From assembly GCA_000708835.1 (NCBI GenBank), contig DF236971.1, positions 62,001 to 126,000 of the forward strand: DNA of 64,000 nucleotides, read 5' to 3'. This stretch comes from Klebsormidium nitens (lineage: Eukaryota; Plantae; Klebsormidiophyceae). Position numbers and translations under genes: made by a program. This document shows positions 51,801 to 61,500 of the stretch, one piece after another (position 1 is the first letter of the stretch; the number at the start of each line of letters is the position of its first letter). Below the pieces are notes generated by a model that did no database searches, had not been told where the DNA came from, and was given only the letters and a program-made list of their open reading frames with translations.

Positions 51801-54800
51801 TTCTCCATCCTTCCATTCTGAGAGTCCTTGATGGCAAGCGCGCGAGCTCCTAGCCCACGTACAGGTACACCAATAGTTCAGTCACAGGGGTCGTACCCGC
51901 CCAACTCCGTCCAACTCAGGCAGCGTTCAAGCTTTCGATCAAAACCCTACTTTGGCAAGGGACACCTCAATCCCCCCGCTCGCCACGAACACCAACTATT
52001 CCTGACGATTATCCCTGTGCCCGTCCGCAGTGTGGCAGGCGTCCAAGGGCAAGGAGGGCTTCGGCGACCAGCACCTGCGGTGCGCCTTCTCCGAGGACGC
52101 CCGCGAGTGGACCAACTCGCTGTACCTGCCGCTAAAGTCCTCGTCGGGGTAAGTGCTCACCTCTCTTGTTCGTTGCCAGTTTGCTTGCGGGTGTGGCGTC
52201 TGGGTTTGCGAACCTTCTAAGTCTGGGTTTGCGAACCTTCTAAGCCCGAAAGGTTCGTTTAAAAACTGCCTAAGCCTGAACGTGGCCGTTTCGAGAAGGC
52301 GCGGGCCATCATAATCACGTGGGCTTATCAGAAGATAGCAAAAGTAGCAGGAAATGTCAGAGGGTGCCTGCTGATGGGTAGTTGGAAGGACCTCAACAGA
52401 TGGGGTCTTGCTCATGTCCGTTGGATTTTGAACCAGGGCGTGATGGCACATGGCCCATTCACAAAGGTCGAGAGATTGGTGGTCGCTGTTGGAGGGGCCG
52501 GGTTTGTCCATTGCTTAAGGAGCCGCCGCACGTCAATCGATGCCCATTCTGCAATCGTTTTGCGACAGCCCTTCCGCACAAGACCCTTTGTTCGACGCTT
52601 TGCGCTATCATTTTTGCACAAGCCCTTCCCGGCCGCGTGCGGCTCCCGCACTCCAGGAGACATCCGCATCGGGCTTGCTTCCTTGCCCTACAGCTTATCA
52701 GCACCGTTGGTTCGCCCACACCATTTTTGTGGGTTCTTTCTACCGGGGCTTATTCACACCGTGCCTTTGCAGGTGTGTGTGGAGTCCGGTGCTTCACCTG
52801 GATCCCCAGACGGACGTCCTGTGGTTGTTCTACACGGAGAGCGTCTCCTGCAAACAGCTGCAAAAGTGAGCACTGCTTCGGATAGCCGAATTCTCCTCAC
52901 CAGCGGCAAGAGTCTCTGGGGACGCGAGCGACTGGATGAATCAAGACCGCCTTCGTTTTGATTCGCATCGGAACACCGACCGTCTTTATGCCGTCCGCCG
53001 TGTGGGAGCGCAGGTTAATAATTCCAATCTTGCACATCCGCCTCGAACAGCAGTCAATGTCATTCTTGTTGATGAAAACTTCCAGAACCAGGATTGGGGA
53101 ATATGTTGGCACTTACTTTGGCGATTGCCCGGGAACAAGACTGGTCACAACGTTTCCGACGAGCAACGAACAGAACCGCATCAGCCGATACAGCCGATGC
53201 AGTTCGAACCGAATCAGTTGCCTCCATGGTGTTGCGGTGAGTTGGAGCATGGTCAAAAGCCCCGTCTCTTTAACGTCTTGGCGATACTCCCAGTCGTCTT
53301 TGTTTGCAAAACGTCGTTCTTCGGCCTTACCGTTCTGACGATAGGATTGTTTCCCTGCAGGTGCGACGATTGCGAGAGCCCGTGGTCCCCTGGGGGCGAC
53401 ATTTCGTACGTCCGGTCGGAGGACGGTCTTACCTGGTCCGAGCCGGAGACCGTCCTCCCACAGAAAGAGTTTGGAAACATCCCGCGGGTGGGTGCGCTTT
53501 TCTCTGCCTTTCCTGTCTGCGTTGCATTGAATATCGCAAGGCAGATTTTATCGTTCGAAAACTTCACCAGATTGATCGCGTTGACCATGGAAATTAACAG
53601 TCTATTCAACCTAGCTCGTTACTCGACTAGAAAGCGAGAGGTGGGTTCACCTCGCAACAACCACGAGGTATATGTTCTAGGGGGGGGGGGGCTTTTCTAG
53701 TGGGGTGTCTGCGTCATCAAACAAACCTGAAAAGACCTGAAAAACCAGGAAATAAATGAGCGTCAGAAGCACCCGCTTGCCAATCCCGCAGAGAAAATGC
53801 TCAGGTTATGCTGGAAAGAAGGGCGAAACACCCACGATCCACAGCTTTTCCGGAGTGAGGGCTCCCTTTTGGGGTCAATCCGGCCACCTTGTTCCTCCGC
53901 CTTTTACAAGTCTCTGCTTCGTTCGAAGCCCCCAACTTCCCGACCTTTTCACTCAATCAGTCTGATTGACAACCGACGCTGTTTTAACAGATGATAGCCG
54001 GCCAGCTGACGATCACTACGGCGGGCGAGTGGGTGCTCCCATTTTGGGGGCAGCGGCCCCTCGAGGCGAGCTCGGAAGACGCGTGTGGGAGCGACTCCGT
54101 TATGCCGGAGCACGGGGGAGTGCTCGTGTCGGATACTAACGGGACGTCGTGGCACCCGTACGGGTATATCGTCGGGGTGAGCTTTCTGTCTTTTTTCCGT
54201 CCTGTCCAAGTATTACAAAGTGCGCAACGACCGGAGATTCATCGAAAATGGAAGTGGCTCTGACGTTGTGATGATGGCACACGGGGGAGTGCTCGTGCCG
54301 GACAGAGACCAAACGTCGTGAAACCGTACAATAAAATGTGTCGGGGTGGGCTTGTCGGGGTGACCTTTTTACTGCACTCTCTCTCTTCTGGAACGCCTTG
54401 AATTGTCTTTGCGAAAAATACGAAACGCTTGACAGCGTGCAACACGTTGGTTGGGGAAAGGCGTTTAGGAAAATTCCCCGCAGAAACAGCGAACCTCGAA
54501 GCGAGGCAACCAGAACGGCCTCTCCCTAGGAACTCTGCGGATCGGGTTGAGTAGCAGGTTCAGGGTTGCTTCTTTAGATGCCCAAGGTGGAGAGTCTGCA
54601 AGAAGGAAAAGGGGGTTAGTCACGCCATTGGTCATACCGATTAAGGTTGCGACCAATAGTATGACGACCGAAAACGCGTCACCGTTTTGTCACCTGTTAT
54701 GCCAGTAAGGGCAAAAATTCCTCGGCTCACCTTTATGTACATGCCTTGATTGCAGAAAGATGGGGAGTACATGCGTGAGGGCAGCGTGGCGCGGCTGGAG

Positions 54801-57379
54801 GGCAAGACCCTCGTGCAGTACTTTGGGACGTCCATGGGTGAGCGTCGTTCTTGGTTCTGAGAGTTTGATGGTAGACTTCGCCTCTTTATCCCGCTTTGAG
54901 TCGTACTGGCACATGGGCTGGTTGCTAGATACGGGCAGGTCCGACCTGCATCTTCTGCGCTCGTTGAGGACTGGAATTGTTAACGCGTTTTGCCTATCAC
55001 AGCCTAGGGGTTCAAGCGTCCGTTCTTTTCGATTCTGGGGGTGTGGAACGGGCTGTCTCGAAACGAAAGCAACGGCATTTTTGAATTCTTTGAAAACGAC
55101 CCAACATTCTTCATCTTGCGCAGGCGAGTTGGTGGAGAGTCGGAGCGAGGACGGGGGCCACACGTGGGGGTCGGTGCAACCGACCGGGCTCTCTAATCCG
55201 GGCAGGTAAGCTGCTGCCGCACAGTTAAAGAAAACGAAAATAGAGAACAGACTGTAGATGGAAATGGAGAGGGAGTGGCGTTCAAAACGCTCACGCCCAA
55301 CAAACAGAGAACCGGAAAAGTTCTCGTGTGAGCCTCTTCAAAGTGCACTGGATCTATCCATCTGGTGGAATACTTGCAGGCAAATCTGCTCTGGATCCGA
55401 GTAGAGGTAACGTCCCGAAAGCGAGGGGAGTGCAATCTTTTGTGGGAGTAGTTCATGGAGAAAGCTCAAAAGCTGAACACCTTGCGCAAACCCAGCACGA
55501 GACAGTAATCAAATTTCGCCTTGGCTGTGCAGCAAGGCGAATCTGCTGGCGCTCAGCAGCGGCGCTTTGGCTGTGGCGCTTAACAACGCCTCAAATCCCG
55601 GTGAGCCCTTTGTTCACTCGGCCAAGCGGTATCGACTGAGAATGCATCAAGTGTCGCCATTGCGTGGTCAAACCGTAGCAAAAACGAGCGCCAGTCCTGT
55701 GCATGAAGCGTGCTCTACGCCTTGCTCTCATCCTAGAGAGAGTAAGAAGGGGTTCGAAAGTTTCTTCCCGAAAACGTCCAGTTTCTTTAGGTCCTGGTCC
55801 TGTTGTTACAGAGTAAGCGTCAGCTACATGCAAACGATCTGTACTATTTTCCAATGCCCTCTGACCATGCGTCGGTTCTGGCACAGGGAACCGGACAAAT
55901 TTGCACGTCGCCCTCATGCGGCAGTACGGCAAGAAGTGGGAGCAGGTCAGTCTCCTGAGAATTGTGCTAGGTTCTGTCATTTCCTTCTTCCACAGAACCG
56001 ATCAGCCGGTGACCTTCCCCTGCGTTGCCTCTTGAACTGCTGGATGTATGAAGCGGCATCTTTCATAGCCGTCATCTGCTTGACTTCTCTCTTGTTTTAT
56101 TGCAATTATCGATGCATCGCAGACTTGGATTGGCTTTTCTCGTCACGGACACTAAGTCAAAGGCTCTGGCCTTTCTCGTCACGGACACTAAGTCTCACAT
56201 GCGGCATGACACCGTCAAGCAACGGCAATCGGTAGCCGCTGCAATTTGTCTTTTGAGCCGTGTAATTTCAGTGAGGGTCTGGTGAGAAGAAGCACCGAGT
56301 AGGATCCCCGCAAGATCTGACCAGATTCCACGTGGTACAATTGATATGGGGGTGGAAGTAGGAGCACAGCCGTTCCTTTGCCTCGCCAACAGGCTCCGTG
56401 ATCGGCACTTGGTATCAATTAATTGGCCCTTTCAAACCTCAAGAAGATTGAAATAGTTCTTGCGTCAGGAAGAGTTCAATTCCCGGGGCAGTCACTTTCC
56501 CCTCAACAGGGGCGTGCCGCCTGGTAAAATCGCCCTTCCATGGTCCAACCGGTTTCTTCTTCATCAGGTCTTTTAAGGTGTCAATTTAACCTGGCGGTAA
56601 CCCAGATTGCTGCTCGCCCAACCAGCTACGGCTGCCAGTGGTTTGCAGGATAATTCTCTTTTCATCTAAAGCCACTTGGTATGACCATGATGAGGCTGGA
56701 AAAGAGCACCCTGACCGACATTTTGAATCAGAAGCAACGCAAGTTCGCAACCGCGTAACTTTTAAGGCGTTGCGCACTGGGCCCCTTCGGGTTGACCTCA
56801 AGTTTCGGCCGCTCGTGAAGCTAACGTCAAATGCAACGCTACGCAGTTTGCGGTGGTAGAGAGCGGCGACGAGCTCGGCGAGCACGTCCACTATCAGCAC
56901 CCCACGTTGTTCCAGGTAAGCGCAGCTGTTTTCCTCTCCGTTTTGCTCTCGTTCTTTCCATCTTTTCAAGCGGCCCGTCTGTCACCCTGTTTCCACAAGG
57001 TGCCTTGCGCTCCAAACGTCTCGTTGCAGACACTCAGCTCAAAGTTACCAGCAAAGCGGGAGAATCCATGCTCGTGGCGCTCCCCTCGGTCTCAGTAGCC
57101 CCTTTGGGCACTCTTGTCACGATTTAGTTTCTAAGGCAGCCCACAACTTACCCCTTGAGCTTCTTGCTGATGATGATCTCTGTACGTTTGCCCGCACAGG
57201 ACGGCTGCCGTCTTCTGGTCGTCTACTCCGTGCAACCACTCAAGTTGAAAAAGACGCCCTTGGGGGGCATACGAATAGCGGAAGTCGATCTGTCGCTCGC
57301 ATCGCTTGCATCGGACACAAGGACACAGGAACGCATGTTACTTGCAGATGGCCGAACTGTTCACGTGACCAGCACGTAG
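48873..57379 (+). CDS. BNR/Asp-box repeat (sialidase/neuraminidase-fold, BNR_2-like) protein with N-terminal membrane anchor and coiled coil, 13 exons
   Basis: Exons 48873-49214, 50106-50599, 51138-51301, 52031-52148, 52773-52865, 53361-53487, 53991-54176, 54756-54837, 55124-55205, 55533-55600, 55887-55945, 56847-56915 and 57200-57379 are phase-consistent. Asp-box-like motifs: FSEDAREW, RSEDGLTW, VSDTNGTSW and RSEDGGHTW. Also WSPVL...WLFY, NRTNLHVAL and HYQHP. Hydrophobic segment SLPLFLAALVLSFTLV. Confidence 0.85.
52199..52244. repeat. Perfect 23-bp tandem duplication in an intron
   Basis: TCTGGGTTTGCGAACCTTCTAAG twice. Confidence 0.92.
54272..54350 (+). repeat. Echo of the BNR exon-7 3' end plus donor
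   Basis: CACGGGGGAGTGCTCGTGCCGGA...ACGTCGTG...CCGTAC...GTCGGG|GTGGGC ends at 54345, 169 bp after the real end at 54176 (|GTGAGC). Confidence 0.85.
56131..56194. repeat. 36-bp-period tandem duplication in an intron
   Basis: TGGC(T/C)TTTCTCGTCACGGACACTAAGTC at 56131-56158 and 56167-56194. Confidence 0.9.
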
Positions 57380-58552
57380 TGTGCGTGAAAAAGATTGTTT
57401 TGATCAATCTCCTGGAGTCACCAGTCTCCTTTTATTTTGACTCGTCTCTTGCAGGCTTGAGTCAAATGGATCGAATCAGATTGTCCTTTTACTGAAGCTA
57501 TGACGCATACAGTGGCTGGTAGAATGTTCCCCGCTCACGATTTGATCGAGACGGCACACACATTAGTAACGAGGAATGATGGCGACTCTAGACGGTTTCT
57601 CCCCGAACTTGAACTGTGTGATTCATGGTACGGTCCAATTGTGGCGGCTAGGGACAAACTTGATAAGGCCAGTTCACCGGTACAGAAAGTATCGTCTGTG
57701 TCCGAAATGATCGTTGTATATCCGCCACTATATATGATGGGGCCAATCTCTGTTTGCGTCCCCCACCCTTTAACATCAGCTAGTCCAATTATGTAACTTA
57801 TCAGTGCCTATAGGGGGACACATGATCAGCCGGTCCTTGATTCAGCGCCGTATACGTTCCGACACTGGGCATACGGGTAGCTTTCAACAATATTTAAATG
57901 CCCGTGCCATCAGTGCGCGCATTACTGATTAGTAACCGGCGCCATGCAATCATGTCTGTGCGGGCCCGTACGCAGCCTGGCGCATACTGATCAATAAAGC
58001 CTGATCATTCGAAGACGGCGGCCAGGTTGCACGTTCAGTGACCACGTCATGCATGGCTCAGCTAAATTAATTCGTGTTGTGACGCGGCCTAGACATTTGT
58101 ATAATATCAGGTTGTAACTTATGAACATATATATCTGCCAGCTCGGGCACGGCCCGCTGGCCCAACCCGGCTTCAATGAATGAGACCTCAGAAAACATTC
58201 CATGATCGAGCCTGCCAGGCTGCATGAGCCTGGAACGCCATTGAGCGGTGCATGTAACGCTTAGGTTCTGATGTATCGTAGCAACCTATTCACTTGAGAG
58301 GCGCTCAAGCTCAGCTGTCTGACGGATCCTGACGAGGTTCCGACTAAGCACTGGCAGACCCGTATATCTTAACACGCCCTACCGTGCTATTCAACGATTT
58401 CAGCCGCAGCCTCCTAGGCGCAGGCTCATGCAAACCACCCAAAGCGTCTGTCGAACTACATACATCGAGATACTCTATCCGATCCTCTATCTAACAAGGT
58501 CGCAGCAAAAGCTTTCCCACGACCAAAGTCTCTCTCGTCAACAATTCGCTCC

Positions 58553-61500
58553 TCATGTTTCTGAGTGGTCGTATCCAACATAGACAAACTGCTGCTCCAT
58601 TCTTTGGAGCAGCCCGATCGAACCCGTCAACACAACTGCCAGAACCGCGAGGCTTTGCGAAAGCCTCTCGTCACGGGCGGAGAACGCCGCCGCGCCGGCG
58701 ATCGACGCAACGACGGCAACCTTTGCGATGCTTTGGAGCCGTTGAACGTTACGGTACGCGCCCATGCACGCGGAGCAGTGCTGCGTGTGCTGCAGCACGG
58801 AAAGGAACGGTGTCACGATAATACGAAAAGCGGGAGCGAGATGACTTTTCTGACTTTGCAATGAGGTGTTTTGCCAGCATCCGAGGGAAATGTATCTAGT
58901 AATGTGAGTCTGCTGCGCCAGACACCGCCGCAGATCTGCAGTGGGGGTTTTTGCCGTCGTTCGACGTTTCCTCGAAGACGTCAGGCTGCAGCGCCCCAAA
59001 ATCTTCCCCAACACTTTCAAGGGTCCCAAAAGACATGTTTCCAATAATCCAAACAAAGGACTTGAGAACCGGCGCCTTATCCGCTTGTTTGACATGTTGT
59101 CGAACAAGATTGTTTCTACTCGTCTATGTGGAGAGAATTCACGGAAAGAGAGCTTATCAGTTGACTCCGTGCGCGGCGACAATACGACAAGTTGCATGCT
59201 AGAACGCCGCCTGGACAGGCGTATTACCGCAATTCATGGCCACCGTGCAAGCAGGACCACAGATTCGGACACCGCTCTCTGAGATCACGTCAGCTGCGTC
59301 TGTGTGTGGCCCCTCAATGTGTCTGGTGAGCCAAACTCGAGTGCCTCTCGATAATCCCGCACGCGCCAAGTCCAAATCAGCATATCAAAACAGAAAACTC
59401 TCCCGCGGTCGTGCCGAACGAGCCTCATCTCCTCGACCCGGTCTTCTGCCGTTGACAGACGAAGTCAACCTCTTTCTCATACGATTTGAGGAGATGCTAG
59501 ACAAGAGGCGACACAAAGCAGAGCAGAACGAAGACGGGCAAGCTACTCGATTTACAATCGCTGTCTTGCGTTCAATCGTCCACGTCGCTACCAAAAGGCT
59601 CCCAAGCGGGTATAGAGTGTTCAAAGGGAGGAGAAAGCGAAGAAAGAAGGGGTCAAGCGAAAGGTGCACGGCAAAATAAGAAGGAGATGCCGATTTACGG
59701 CTTCGTCAGCCAGAAGATGAGCAGACCCGGAAATAAGTTGCACGAAGTGTTTTGCATCATGACGCCCAATTTGTCTTGGATCATCTCAGGGCGGCCCCCC
59801 CGACGGTCGCCTGTTGTCCTGAAGCGAACTTCGGCACTTGAAAGCAACCCCGGACAAAAAGCGGGTATGACCAAAGGCGAATCAAAAAGTGACGCTGCTT
59901 AGGAACATCCTCACCTGCGTAAACCGGTCCATGATCACTTCCGGCCGGTCCCCCAGCGGATCCGGTTCCGTGCGGAACCCCACCGGCCAGCGCGGCCCCC
60001 CGTTCCCAAAGTCCTTCACCCACTTTCTAAACGCAGCGATCGGCCGGTCGCTCTTCGTGGGCATGAAATACTTGCGGTCTGCGAACCCGTGCGAAGTCGA
60101 GGCCCCGTTCTGGTGGGAGTCGACGCTTTCCGGCGCAGCTGAGGTGCTGGGCTGGTCGTCAACGGGGCCCGAGAAAGACTGTAGGCTGAGGAGTTCCTGG
60201 CCTTGGAGGAGAACTAGATCGCCGTCGAGCACCTGCAAAGAAAAGGGCCGCAATACAGATTCGAGTCCGTTTACGGGTACGTTTTCGGAACAATCGGCTT
60301 CGCTTGAAAGCCCTTCAGCTGAAGTAAGGCCCGACTTTGATGGGAATTCATTCCCGTCACATAGCTGGCCTCCTCTCGTTGAATTCGGGGGGCACGGACC
60401 CCGCTTTCCCAGCAAGGGCCTTGCAAAAGTACTGATAAGCACAGACAAGACAGCTGCTTCAAGAGTACTCTCTCCTGGTCCTCGCTTACAGTAACGCTCT
60501 ACTTTCGAGCAGAAGAACCGGGGTTGCTCCTAAAGCAGAATAGACATGCGCCTACCCACAGCCGTTGGATCATTTCAGTTTCTGCAACAGAGGTGGCCCA
60601 TCCGTATCTCTGAAAGAAGGCATTGAGCGACCGCCTCCGGTCTTGGGGACCACTCAGGATTTTGATGTTTTAGGGTTTTGAGGTTTCAGGTTTTAGGGTT
60701 TCAGGACATCCGTCAAGGACTCCGGGCCTCTCTAACGGAGCAAGCCCACAGCATGCCGGAGGCAATCACATGTCAGTTGAAGCAACCCGGGGGGGCTCTT
60801 ACCTTGTTCCGAGTGCGCACGTGGTCAAACCACCGGGGCGTCAACCGAGCAGCGAACTTGAGGAAGTTGCGGGGGAAGCACGCAAAGATGGCGACCTTTC
60901 CGGGCGCGATCGGCGTCCCCAGGCTGACGAGAGCAGCTTGCCACGGCTTGGCAACGTTCTCTTTAGGGATGGTGAAGTGGTAGACAATGGAAGCGGGCGC
61001 GATGAAATTGATGTTGGGGACCGGAAAGTTGCCCATTTTGCCGATGCCTGCGGAAGGGGGTTTTGCAATAATTTAAGTTATGGTCAACTGAATATGGGTC
61101 CGGACGAGCATGCTAGAACGCACTTATTTGGATGCAGCGGTTTGAGAGATGGTGACAAGGTTTGCGATAGAAGCGGGGGCGACGGACTGGATGCTGGGGA
61201 CCGGGAAGTTGCCCATCTTGCCGATGCCTGCGGAAGATGCTTTGCAGGGGGTTAGCTCCGGGTAGAGGATGGTTATAGCAAACATTCGGGTTAGGGTAAA
61301 AGTGGTTAGGTGCGAACGTCCGAGAGCAGCGGTTTGGAGATGGTGCCTTAATGGTCGAAGCGGGGGCGATGAACTGGATGCTGGGGACCGGGAAGTTGGT
61401 TCAAACGAAGTCACATTCCGAATTGTTGGTGAAACGACTTTCCAAAAGGGCTTTGGTTGGAGTAGGAGAACTGGTGGACGAACGACGATCACGCAACTGC

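Noticed and set aside
58205-58432. Short match AGCCTGCCAGGCT shared (inverted) with ~12765-12780, and a 12-bp inverted pair TGCATGAGCCTG/CAGGCTCATGCA
   Set aside because: Too short to distinguish from chance, and no extended TIR or TSD.
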